64,000 bases of DNA from Alphaproteobacteria bacterium (lineage in GTDB: Bacteria > Pseudomonadota > Alphaproteobacteria > UBA9219): assembly GCA_041908065.1 (NCBI GenBank), contig JAYRGC010000050.1:21718-85717 (forward strand), in the 5' to 3' direction. Shown piece by piece: positions 40,431 through 49,025 of this stretch. Every line of letters starts with the position of its first letter. Within the stretch, counting starts at the first letter, position 1. Under the pieces are notes generated by a model. It was not told the DNA's origin. It saw only the letters and a program-made list of their open reading frames with translations, and searched no databases. The translations under genes and the position numbers were made by a program.

Positions 40431-41444
40431 ATGGCTTTACGCTTTATCGACGGGTTCGAGCACTATGCCATCCCCGCTCAACTCAATCTGAAATATACCT
40501 CGGTCAGCAACACGTCGATCGGCTCCATGACGGGGCGACGCGCAGGATCGACCGCGCTCAAGCTCTACAACGGCGGCGACAAGGTCGCGATCACGCTCGA
40601 CGATCAGCCTGCATGGATCATGGGCTTTGCTTTCTACACGGATGTCAATTCGTCGAACAGTTCGAAAACTATCCAGCTTCTCGACTCCGCGTCCGCCGTT
40701 CAGTTGACGGTAAGCATCACCAACGGGATCGTGCAGCTGTATCGCGGCGACAGCAGCACGCTGCTTGCCACGGCGGCGCAAGCGCTGCAGGCGGGCGTTT
40801 GGAACTACATGGAGGTCAAGGCAACGATTGCGGATTCCGGCGGCACGTTCGAAGTGCGCGTCAACGAGCAGGTCTGGGTGACCTATGCGGGCGACACGAA
40901 ATACTCATCCACGCTCAGCACCGCTCGCACCATACGTCTCGGCTGCGCCTCGTGGGTCAACACGGGATTTCACGATCTCTATGTCTGCGACGGCACGGGC
41001 AGCGCGAACAACACTTATCTCGGCGATGTGCGCGTCGATACCGTCCGGCCCGTCGGTGCGGGCGCTTTGACGCAGTTTTCGCCGCAGGGAGGTTCTGTCA
41101 ACTGGGAGAACGTGGACGATCCCACGAGCGATGGCGATACGACCTACAACACGAGCGATACGGTGGGGCAGATCGACACTTTCGACTGCGCGAACCTCGC
41201 CGCCACGAATAGCGTGATTTCCGGCGCGCAGGCGAACGTCATGGCAAGGAAAGACGACGCGGGATCGCGAACCTTGCGCGCGCTCACGCGCATCGCTTCG
41301 GCCAACTATGAAGGCGCGGACATTGCGATGGCCAGCGATTACTGCGTATGTCGCCAGCTATGGGAGGAAAATCCGGCTACGGCGGCTGTGTGGACTGAAT
41401 CCGACATCAACGCCGCCGAGTTCGGCTACAAGGTGCAAGCCTGA
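40431..41444 (+). CDS. Hypothetical tail fibre-like protein
   Basis: Beta-rich, position after DUF2793. Confidence 0.35.
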   Translation: MALRFIDGFEHYAIPAQLNLKYTSVSNTSIGSMTGRRAGSTALKLYNGGDKVAITLDDQPAWIMGFAFYTDVNSSNSSKTIQLLDSASAVQLTVSITNGIVQLYRGDSSTLLATAAQALQAGVWNYMEVKATIADSGGTFEVRVNEQVWVTYAGDTKYSSTLSTARTIRLGCASWVNTGFHDLYVCDGTGSANNTYLGDVRVDTVRPVGAGALTQFSPQGGSVNWENVDDPTSDGDTTYNTSDTVGQIDTFDCANLAATNSVISGAQANVMARKDDAGSRTLRALTRIASANYEGADIAMASDYCVCRQLWEENPATAAVWTESDINAAEFGYKVQA

Positions 41445-41650
41445 TGCTGCGCGTCACGCAACTTGCGAACGAAATCGTTCGCCGCCCGAACAACCGCTCG
41501 CTGCGGGCGACGCAGGTGGCCACAGAGATTGTACGCCGCCCGTTATTGCCGCATCTGCGCGTCGGCCAACTCGTCGTGGAAGTCGTGCGCAAGAACAGCG
41601 CGCCATCCTCAAGCGCGCAGCAGCCGCTTGTCATTGTCATCGCGGGATAA
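41444..41650 (+). CDS. Small hypothetical protein with internal direct repeat (NEIVRRP / TEIVRRP)
   Basis: ATGA-coupled; repeated QLANEIVRRP...QVATEIVRRP. Confidence 0.3.
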   Translation: MLRVTQLANEIVRRPNNRSLRATQVATEIVRRPLLPHLRVGQLVVEVVRKNSAPSSSAQQPLVIVIAG

Positions 41651-41660
41651 GTAAGCGTCC

Positions 41661-41963
41661 ATGCCTCAACCACAAACACAACCCGCTCCTCAAGAGCAGG
41701 AACAGGAGAACACGTCCATGAGTCCAAATGAACAAGTCGAATTTTTCCGCAGCATCGGACGCCTTGAGGCGCAAGTCGCCGCGCTGGCCTCCGCCATGAC
41801 CGAAATGAAAACGAAACTCGATGGCATCGACGCGCGGCTCGACCAGCTCGACCGTTTGGCGAACAGGTGGAAAGGCGGCTTTGCCGTCATCCTGACCCTC
41901 GGCGCCATCGGCGGTTTCGTGCTCGATAACGTCCTGCGCTGGTGGACAAGCAAGGGGTCTTGA
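41661..41963 (+). CDS. Hypothetical coiled-coil protein with C-terminal transmembrane helix (holin candidate?)
   Basis: C-terminal GGFAVILTLGAIGGFVL hydrophobic stretch. Confidence 0.35.
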   Translation: MPQPQTQPAPQEQEQENTSMSPNEQVEFFRSIGRLEAQVAALASAMTEMKTKLDGIDARLDQLDRLANRWKGGFAVILTLGAIGGFVLDNVLRWWTSKGS

Positions 41964-42087
41964 AAGTGTTTCCAAATCGTGTAAACAGCGCCTCTTTATT
42001 CGCACAAAATGCCGATTATCTAGTTGATAATAAAGGCAGAAAGAGCGTTAATAGGAGTGTAAAAAGAACCCCGTTTAGGAGGACGCC

Positions 42088-42399
42088 ATGAGCAAGAAAC
42101 TGGTCTACAAAGCCCTCGCCGACGATGCCAGCCGCACGGAAAAATGCTCCGATGAACATCTCGCGATTTTTATAGCGATCTTTGAACACGCCGTGAAATC
42201 GACCGACGGCATCATGGCGGACAGAGCCTGTTTCGACTTGTCGAACTTCGCCATCGCCAAGGAAGGCGGTCTTGAGCGCTTCCGGCTCACGCTGGAGAAA
42301 GACTGCATGAACCGCAGGGACGAGTGGTGCGGCACTTTCGCGCACGGCATGAAAACCCTGAAAGTGTTCGCTGCCTTGGAAGAGGAGAAAGAATTGTGA
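42088..42399 (+). CDS. Paralog 1 of a tandem triplicated ~100-aa protein family (unknown function)
   Basis: AGGAGG RBS; aligns with the next two ORFs (Cys near aa 19-20, F.LT.E, EW.G.F motifs). Confidence 0.6.
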   Translation: MSKKLVYKALADDASRTEKCSDEHLAIFIAIFEHAVKSTDGIMADRACFDLSNFAIAKEGGLERFRLTLEKDCMNRRDEWCGTFAHGMKTLKVFAALEEEKEL

Positions 42400-42431
42400 G
42401 GCGATAAAACCGTCTGAAAAAGGAGAGCAAA

Positions 42432-42740
42432 ATGAACAGGAAAGAGTTTTGGATCCCCACGGTCGACGATGTGCAGAACGAGGGGTGCAGCGAGTTGGAG
42501 AGAGAGGTTCTTCTCGACATCTTCGAAAGCAAGATGAAAGAGATGGCATGCACGGCGCTTGACAAAGGGGTCTACCAATCCATCGACACTTTCTTCCTCG
42601 CCCAAAAGAACGAGGTCAAGGGCTTCGCTCTCACGATGGAACGTTACCCGCATGCGGGATTCGAACAATGGATCGGCGTGTTCGAGGCCGATGCGAAACG
42701 GATGAGAGCCTTCGGAACTTTGGTGGAGCCGACCGATTGA
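42432..42740 (+). CDS. Paralog 2 of the tandem triplicated family
   Basis: GGAGAG RBS; FALTMERYPHAGFEQWIGVFEADAKRMRAFGTLVEP. Confidence 0.6.
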   Translation: MNRKEFWIPTVDDVQNEGCSELEREVLLDIFESKMKEMACTALDKGVYQSIDTFFLAQKNEVKGFALTMERYPHAGFEQWIGVFEADAKRMRAFGTLVEPTD

Positions 42741-42775
42741 GAAAGTTTGAACCGACGCATATGAGGGAGGCAACT

Positions 42776-43078
42776 ATGGAAAAGCAAATTTACAACATCG
42801 CAGACCATTACGACCTGAAAAATAGGGGGTGTACTGACAAAGAAATCGACGGCCTTTGCGAAATCTTCGAACGCCTGATGTTGGAACAAGCCAACGGATC
42901 GCTCCGCAAGGGCGTTTATGATCTGAAGGACTTTGAAAGCGCCGCACCTCTTAAGATCGCGGACTTTACCCTGACGATGGAGCGCCGCGACCATCCAGAC
43001 GGCCCAGAATGGAAGGGCGTGTTTGAAGCCGAAGGCCGCTCAATGGAGGTTTGGGGAACGGTCGAGCCAGCCGCTTAA
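42776..43078 (+). CDS. Paralog 3 of the tandem triplicated family
   Basis: GAGGGAGG RBS; FTLTMERRDHPDGPEWKGVFEAEGRSMEVWGTVEP. Confidence 0.6.
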   Translation: MEKQIYNIADHYDLKNRGCTDKEIDGLCEIFERLMLEQANGSLRKGVYDLKDFESAAPLKIADFTLTMERRDHPDGPEWKGVFEAEGRSMEVWGTVEPAA

Positions 43079-43156
43079 TCGCAACCGACAATTTAACCGA
43101 AGCCGCCGCCCGCGAGGGTTGGCGGCTTTTTCTTTGCTCAAACGAAAGGACGTGTC

Positions 43157-43819
43157 ATGACGAACAAAACGCCCCCGCGCGGCATCCGCAACAACAACCC
43201 CGGCAACCTGCGCCGTACCAAAGACCCGTGGCAGGGATTGGCAAAAGAGCAGACGGATCCCGAGTTCTTCACATTCGAGAATCCGGTTTATGGCATCCGC
43301 GCGCTGGCGCGCGTGCTGATCGCTTATCAGGATGACCGTGGCCTTCGCACCATCCGCCAGATCATCGGTCGTTGGGCTCCCGCCACCGAAAACGACACGG
43401 CTGGCTATATCGAGTCTGTCGCCAAATCCACCGGCTTCGCGCCCGATCAAACGCTCGACTTGCACGCCTACGCCGACCTGAAACCCCTTGTCGAAGCCAT
43501 CATCCAGCACGAAAACGGCCAACAGCCCTACACGGGCGCACAGATCGACAAAGCTTTGGTTCTGGCAGGTGTGGAGCCTCCGGCCAAGAACCTGCAACAC
43601 ACGCGCACTGTAAAGGGCGGAAAGGCCGCCACGGCGGCAACCGTGGGCCTTGGGGCGCTACAGGCCGTGCAGGACGGCCTCGCGCCCGCCCGCGACACGC
43701 TCCAAACGCTCGTGCCGTATCTGGACGTTGCCAAATGGCTGCTTCTGGCCATCACGCTGATCGGTATCGGCGTGATGATCTGGGCGCGAATCGACGACCA
43801 CCGGAAAGGGCTGCGCTGA
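43157..43819 (+). CDS. Putative endolysin / cell-wall hydrolase with C-terminal membrane anchor
   Basis: Sits immediately upstream of the Rz/Rz1 pair; GIRNNNPGNLR motif; C-terminal TM helix WLLLAITLIGIGVMIW. Confidence 0.4.
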   Translation: MTNKTPPRGIRNNNPGNLRRTKDPWQGLAKEQTDPEFFTFENPVYGIRALARVLIAYQDDRGLRTIRQIIGRWAPATENDTAGYIESVAKSTGFAPDQTLDLHAYADLKPLVEAIIQHENGQQPYTGAQIDKALVLAGVEPPAKNLQHTRTVKGGKAATAATVGLGALQAVQDGLAPARDTLQTLVPYLDVAKWLLLAITLIGIGVMIWARIDDHRKGLR

Positions 43820-44058
43820 TGTTTGCCATCCTCACAAGCTGGCTGTCCAGCAACATGCTCAAAATCATCGGTTGGGGAGCGATTGCCGCGTCAGTAGCCG
43901 CCGTCCTCTTCGGTGCGCGCCAGTCAGGTCGTACCGCCGAACGCTACGACCAACTTAAGAAAATCGTGGAGGTGAAAAATGCTCAGTTACGCGCAGCAAT
44001 GGACGCTCCTCGCACTCGCGCTGACCTTGTTAAGCGCCTGCGGGACGGCAAGTTCTAA
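43819..44058 (+). CDS. i-spanin (Rz-like)
   Basis: N-terminal TM (MFAILTSWLSSNMLKIIGWGAIAASVAAVLF) then coiled coil; ATGA-coupled to the endolysin; o-spanin gene embedded in its 3' end. Confidence 0.6.
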   Translation: MFAILTSWLSSNMLKIIGWGAIAASVAAVLFGARQSGRTAERYDQLKKIVEVKNAQLRAAMDAPRTRADLVKRLRDGKF

Positions 44059-44212
44059 CCCCGCCTGCGTCTGCCCGCCGATCAAGGCGTACAGCAAGGA
44101 ACAACAGATCAAGCTGGCCGTCGAGATCGAAGCCGCGCCGCCCGATGCGACGTTTCCGAATGTTGTGCAAGACTACGCCGTGCTGCGCGCGCAACTGCGC
44201 GAGTGCAAATGA
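43979..44212 (+). CDS. o-spanin (Rz1-like outer-membrane lipoprotein), embedded/overlapping
   Basis: Lipobox LLSAC at residues 17-21, Cys- and Pro-rich mature part; overlaps the Rz 3' end in another frame. Confidence 0.6.
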   Translation: MLSYAQQWTLLALALTLLSACGTASSNPACVCPPIKAYSKEQQIKLAVEIEAAPPDATFPNVVQDYAVLRAQLRECK

Positions 44213-44421
44213 TCGAGACGAAGGGGAAGGCGTTGAGATTGCTTGGGACACTTGAGCCGGAGGGGTGAGCAGTCGCCCCCACATCATTTTTCCTGTCAGG
44301 CCGCCCGCGATGAAACGCCGGAGGCTTTTTCTTTGACCAAAACCACAGGATATGGCATTGCGATCACAGAAAACCTTTAAAGTAGTGCAAGCTTTTATCC
44401 AGTGAAGGGGCACGGTAGCAA

Positions 44422-44727
44422 ATGAGCAACGTCATTGAAGGCTGTTTCGGCCCCAAGAAAACTCTGCGAATGAAGGCAGTGGCCTATCAACGCGACCTTA
44501 AGACAACGGCAAATCTCGGCTATGAAGAAAAGTTTGCTTCGCTTCTCGATCTGTGCGACGAGGCAGCATCCGGCGCATTTGATGTGGTGATTATCGCTTA
44601 TCCCGAAATCCTTGGTGACTCCGAGGAGGAGATCATCCGCAACCTGTCGCTGTTGTCGGATGCGGGACTGCTTCTGGTCGTCGCGCAGAAAAGCCCGCGC
44701 CTCATTGAGGCAGCGAATGTGCCGTAA
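44422..44727 (+). pseudogene. Degenerate serine recombinase (resolvase) N-terminal domain remnant
   Basis: MKAVAYQRDLKTT... resembles the resolvase start MKAVAYLRVSTxxQ but lacks the catalytic Ser and the HTH domain. Confidence 0.4.
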
Positions 44728-44735
44728 ATGACGAC

Positions 44736-45033
44736 TTCAGGCTAACGATCGAAAAACACCTCAACGCCGGAGCCGAACAATGGATCGGCATTTTCGTGGC
44801 CGAAGGTAAGAATCTGCGCTCCTCGCACTCGCACTCGCGCTGATCTCGTTAAGCGCCTGCGTAACGGCAAATTCTAATCCCGCCTATGTCTGCCCGCCAA
44901 TCAAGGAATATAGCAGGGAGTTTTAGGAGAGGCTTGCGGCAGAGGTTGAATCCGCACCTGAAGGTTCAGCGTATCCTGAAGCGCTTATGGATTACGGCGT
45001 CCTTCGAAATCAGGTGTCATTATGTCAGTAAGT
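44736..45033 (+). pseudogene. Decayed remnants: C-terminal fragment of a fourth paralog (44736-44841) fused to a degenerate copy of the Rz-3'/Rz1 region (44815-45033)
   Basis: FRLTIEKHLNAGAEQWIGIFVAEGKNL matches the paralog C-terminus; the next ~210 bp are ~75% identical (by eye) to 43995-44212 with an in-frame TAG. Confidence 0.55.
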
Positions 45034-45046
45034 GCAGCTATCTACG

Positions 45047-45658
45047 CTATGGTTCGCAAAGAGTACCGTTTTTGAAAGTCCGCACATTTTTTCTTTCAAA
45101 GAGACTCTCTACTCGTTGGATGGCTGCTAGGATGCTCGTCGTTTTGCTCTGAATCGTTTGCGTGACTAGGTGGTTGTCACCGTATCGTGAAATGATCTCG
45201 TCAAGACGCTCCTGAGCGCTGAGGTTTTGGCCCTCTGGCCCTGTGGTCATATCAGAAAACAGAAGTGCATCAGATGCATTAGAGCCTTCATTCGGAAAGG
45301 CGCTGAGACACTGTTCGAATCCGCGCAATTCGGCCTCGGAAGCTGCACAGGAATGATGTGCGACAAGTGCCGTAACACGATCCTCAAACCCTTCCTCCAA
45401 AAGCCATCGCGCCCCATCCAAGGGATGAAATTGGGTTTTGGCTATGTCTGGAGCGTATCCTATGTCATGAAGCCACGCGGCTACAGTCAAAACTCGAGCC
45501 TCGTCGGCATCGAATAAAATGGCCCCGATCTTTTCGGCTTTTGCCGCTACCGCTTGGACATGAAGCCAGCGTTTTGGCAACGGGGTCTCCAAATGATCTC
45601 GTGCAATCCGCCGAGCCTCCTCTACAGAACACACCTTTCGACTGCCTTTTTGCATCAT
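45047..45658 (-). CDS. HD-domain metal-dependent phosphohydrolase/oxygenase-family protein
   Basis: H...HD...H...H...D pattern (WLHVQAV, WLHDIGY, ALVAHHS); start uncertain (45658/45655/45721). Confidence 0.55.
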   Translation of the reverse strand: MMQKGSRKVCSVEEARRIARDHLETPLPKRWLHVQAVAAKAEKIGAILFDADEARVLTVAAWLHDIGYAPDIAKTQFHPLDGARWLLEEGFEDRVTALVAHHSCAASEAELRGFEQCLSAFPNEGSNASDALLFSDMTTGPEGQNLSAQERLDEIISRYGDNHLVTQTIQSKTTSILAAIQRVESLFERKNVRTFKNGTLCEP

Positions 45659-45683
45659 TTTCTCATTTACTCGCGCCCATGAA

Positions 45684-46340
45684 CTAATGGGATGCATCAG
45701 ACGCATACTTGTAATCGACAATCCAGTAGTAGGAAAGACGTTTAATGTTTATATCCGTTGCGATTCCTTTGAGTATATCCTTGAACTCCTGATCGCTCGG
45801 GAAATTTTTAAGAACCTCATGCTCGCTTCCGTCTGGCAGCTTGCGGGTTTGGTATGTATTGCCGCCGTCATCTGTTCTGGTGATGGGGTGGTTGCTGCCC
45901 TCAACATAGTGGTTGTCTATGAAAACGACTGTGGCTCCATGTTCCAGCTTCGAATGAAAAACATCTAAGAAACTTTTTATCTTTGCCCTTGGAATATGTG
46001 ACCACCAAAACCCAGCAAATCCCGCCGTGAATTTTCCGGAAACCTTTGAAAGCGAGTACGCGTCTTCTTGCATGAATCGTGCATTGGGCAGGTTCTTCTC
46101 TTGGGCGATTTCTAGAACTTCTGCGCTTTGATCTGTGCCCAAGATGGATGCAGCCGTTTTTGCACGCTCTGTCCAGTAACCGGTTCCGCAAGCGATTTCT
46201 AATACGTCATGCCCATTCAAGATTTTTTGTAACTCAAGGGAAAGATTTGCAAGATCCTCTTGTCTTTCCGGCTTTTCGTAGATTTTTTCATAAACTCGTG
46301 CGCGGCGGTTGTAATATTCCTTCAGGGCTTCATCGTTCAT
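45684..46340 (-). CDS. Class I SAM-dependent methyltransferase
   Basis: Motif I VLEIACGTGYWT, motif post-I ILGTDQS, motif II ARFMQEDA. Confidence 0.7.
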   Translation of the reverse strand: MNDEALKEYYNRRARVYEKIYEKPERQEDLANLSLELQKILNGHDVLEIACGTGYWTERAKTAASILGTDQSAEVLEIAQEKNLPNARFMQEDAYSLSKVSGKFTAGFAGFWWSHIPRAKIKSFLDVFHSKLEHGATVVFIDNHYVEGSNHPITRTDDGGNTYQTRKLPDGSEHEVLKNFPSDQEFKDILKGIATDINIKRLSYYWIVDYKYASDASH

Positions 46341-46379
46341 TTTTCATCTCCTTTTGCGGGGCAGGGTTTGAGCACTTTA

Positions 46380-47813
46380 TCACCCAAACCATAAAACAGA
46401 TACCGTTTTAACATTCGTATAAAAGCGCATAGCTTCTACCAATCCTTCTTTGTGACCCAATCCTGATCCCTTAACCCCGCCGAATGGCGACATTTCCGTA
46501 CGAAAACTAGGCACTTCTCCAATGTTGACGGATCCAACACGCAGTCTTTTGATGAATTGTAAGGCAGATGGCCAATGGCTCGTGCACACACCGGCGCTCA
46601 ACCCGAACTCCGTTCCATTGACGATACGTATCGCATCTTCGTTGGTCTTGAAACGAATTATGGGAGCAACCGGACCAAACGTTTCTTCTGCGACGAGGGT
46701 GCTTGCAGGAGAGACATGGTCAAGCACCGTCGGGTGATATAAGGCTCCTTGTCTTTTGTGTCCCAAAAGAAGTTTGGCACCATCCTTAATGGCTCCATCG
46801 ACCCTTTTTTCAATTTGGCGAGCGGAATTCTCGTCTATTACCGTTCCGACATCTGTTTCTTTATTGGAGGGATCTCCGCAAACTAGCTTTGCCGCACGTC
46901 CTACAACCTTGTTAACGAAATCATCTGCTTTTTCTTCTGCCACTAAAATCCGTTTTATGGCTGTACAACGTTGTCCAGAGTTTCCAAACGCGCCGCGCAC
47001 AGCAAGGTCGGCAGATTCATCTAAATTGGCGTCGGGAAGAACAATAAGCGCATCATTGCCTCCCAATTCAAAAAGGAGCTTTTTATACGAGGCTTTCTGG
47101 GCCAGAATCTTGCCTACAGCGGTGCTTCCTGTAAAAGCCAAGACTTCTACGTCTTTGCTCTGCACAAGTTCATCGGCCATTTCAACGGCTGGACCTGTCA
47201 CTACTGACAACATTTCCGGAGGTAGGCCGGATTCATGAAGTATCTTTGCAAAGCGATATGCGGAAAGCGGGGTTTTTTCCGACGGTTTCAAAATTACACA
47301 ATTATTCGTCGCAACGCCGGGAGCAACTTTATGTGCAACCTGACAAAGGGGATGATTGAAAGGAGTTATTACCCCAATAGATGTGACGGGTTCACGGAAG
47401 GTTAGAATTTTTCTTGTCTTCCCGTCACGATTGACATCTCCTGCATAAATATCTGCATCTTCCTGCAGACATAAAGCACTCGCAAAAGTCAAAACGTCCT
47501 GTGCGCGACAAACTTCGTTCTTTGCATCCTTCCAGCAAAGTCCCGTTTCAGCGATAACCAATTGGGCCAGATCTTCTGCGCAATCTTCCATTAATTGAGC
47601 CGCTTTTGAAAGAATTCGGCTGCGTTCGTGACGTGTTAATCCGGCCTCATAGTTTGCGGCAACATCGATAGCCTTCTGTATTTGCTCACGAGAAGCGGAA
47701 GAAACTTCCCCAGTTAACCCCTTTGTAAAGGGGTTATAGACGGATATGCGGTCAGTCGTTTCAATCTGATTGCCGCCAATAAGCAACGGTTCATAGTATG
47801 ATTGGTTCACCAT
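46380..47813 (-). CDS. NAD(P)-dependent aldehyde dehydrogenase (candidate phosphonoacetaldehyde dehydrogenase, PhnY-like)
   Basis: Catalytic Cys context GQRCTAIKRILV and Glu FELGGNDA; ATG MVNQ preceded by AAGGAG (the ORF-track M upstream is TTG). Confidence 0.7.
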   Translation of the reverse strand: MVNQSYYEPLLIGGNQIETTDRISVYNPFTKGLTGEVSSASREQIQKAIDVAANYEAGLTRHERSRILSKAAQLMEDCAEDLAQLVIAETGLCWKDAKNEVCRAQDVLTFASALCLQEDADIYAGDVNRDGKTRKILTFREPVTSIGVITPFNHPLCQVAHKVAPGVATNNCVILKPSEKTPLSAYRFAKILHESGLPPEMLSVVTGPAVEMADELVQSKDVEVLAFTGSTAVGKILAQKASYKKLLFELGGNDALIVLPDANLDESADLAVRGAFGNSGQRCTAIKRILVAEEKADDFVNKVVGRAAKLVCGDPSNKETDVGTVIDENSARQIEKRVDGAIKDGAKLLLGHKRQGALYHPTVLDHVSPASTLVAEETFGPVAPIIRFKTNEDAIRIVNGTEFGLSAGVCTSHWPSALQFIKRLRVGSVNIGEVPSFRTEMSPFGGVKGSGLGHKEGLVEAMRFYTNVKTVSVLWFG

Positions 47814-47838
47814 TTCGATCTCCTTAAAAATCAATTAC

Positions 47839-48999
47839 TCATTCGCCACCAGTACCTGAAGGACATTCGAGTTTGTTTGTTCTTATTGCTGCCTTCAAAG
47901 GTCGTTTTGCCGCATAGGCTGTAAGTGCTTCATCTACAAAACCATGAAGTTGAGCAAGCCCATGATTAGAGTGGACATCAATGCCATGTAATCCGACTTT
48001 TTTATGCAGTCTCTCGATGCCTGACTCGAGATTGCAAACCGGTCCACAAACTATTGGCGTGGTGTATCCCCACTCTTTAAGAAAATGCATTGCACCAAAC
48101 GCCCCCAAAGCATCATTTGCCGAAAGAACAACGAGGGCAACATTTTGCCGAAACTCAGGTTTTATTAAAGCTTCTGGTATGCCCGCCCAAATGATATCTC
48201 CTCCGGCCTCTGCCACAACGACATCTGTGTCTAGAGATGCGGCCCGTATTACGTCGACGGCTACATTTCCGGCTCTATTTGAATCGCCATAAGTTGAAGG
48301 CAGGCCCATATCAACAAAATCAACTGCGCGGATGGCTCCGCCATCTTTTAAGTGTGCAATGTCACGCAGCCGACCGGTTCCGCTGATTTTTGCAGCGCCA
48401 ACCCGATGGAATTTCGATAGGTGTTCTATTATTCGGCGAGTAACCGTGGTCTTGCCGCATTCTGAAGACGTTCCAACAACCATGACAACGGGGGAGATCA
48501 AGTCAGCCTTGGCCTTTGAATTCAACTGGAGCAAATTCATATTCTTGCCGTTCTCATTTAGGATGCCCAACAGTCTTACACGAGCAGCCGGAATGGGCTG
48601 AACCTTGGCTGCAGCATTGCGGCTGTAAGAAGGATATGAGGTGCAGATCCCGACTCCTCCAGCATTTGCCAAAATATCGGCTTCACCCGGAATAGCGAGG
48701 CCTCCCTCTGGGACATGCCCGACGAGAGACACACCAGAATCTCTGTGGCAAACCGTTCCGATGAATCTTTCGCCCTTTTTCAAATCGTGCAGACTGACAT
48801 CCGAGCGTTCAATGGCTGTAATAGCCCCCTTTTCAGACAGCATTTCTGCAACTACTAAATCGCCTTCGTTGGCCTTACCCTCAACTAAAGAAGCTGCCTT
48901 AACGCGGGCAACTGCTTCTTGGCTCCGAAGGTTTGAAGGAAAAACATCAATTTTAATATCCGCCACGCGAACGTCTTTTTTAGAAATGTCATTTTGCAT
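47839..48999 (-). CDS. Uncharacterized P-loop NTPase (DUF1611/CobQ-BioD-like fold)
   Basis: Walker A VVGTSSECGKTTV at mid-protein; start ATG MQND after AGGAAA. Confidence 0.4.
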   Translation of the reverse strand: MQNDISKKDVRVADIKIDVFPSNLRSQEAVARVKAASLVEGKANEGDLVVAEMLSEKGAITAIERSDVSLHDLKKGERFIGTVCHRDSGVSLVGHVPEGGLAIPGEADILANAGGVGICTSYPSYSRNAAAKVQPIPAARVRLLGILNENGKNMNLLQLNSKAKADLISPVVMVVGTSSECGKTTVTRRIIEHLSKFHRVGAAKISGTGRLRDIAHLKDGGAIRAVDFVDMGLPSTYGDSNRAGNVAVDVIRAASLDTDVVVAEAGGDIIWAGIPEALIKPEFRQNVALVVLSANDALGAFGAMHFLKEWGYTTPIVCGPVCNLESGIERLHKKVGLHGIDVHSNHGLAQLHGFVDEALTAYAAKRPLKAAIRTNKLECPSGTGGE

Positions 49000-49025
49000 A
49001 AGTTCTTTTCCTTTCAACAGTTGTA

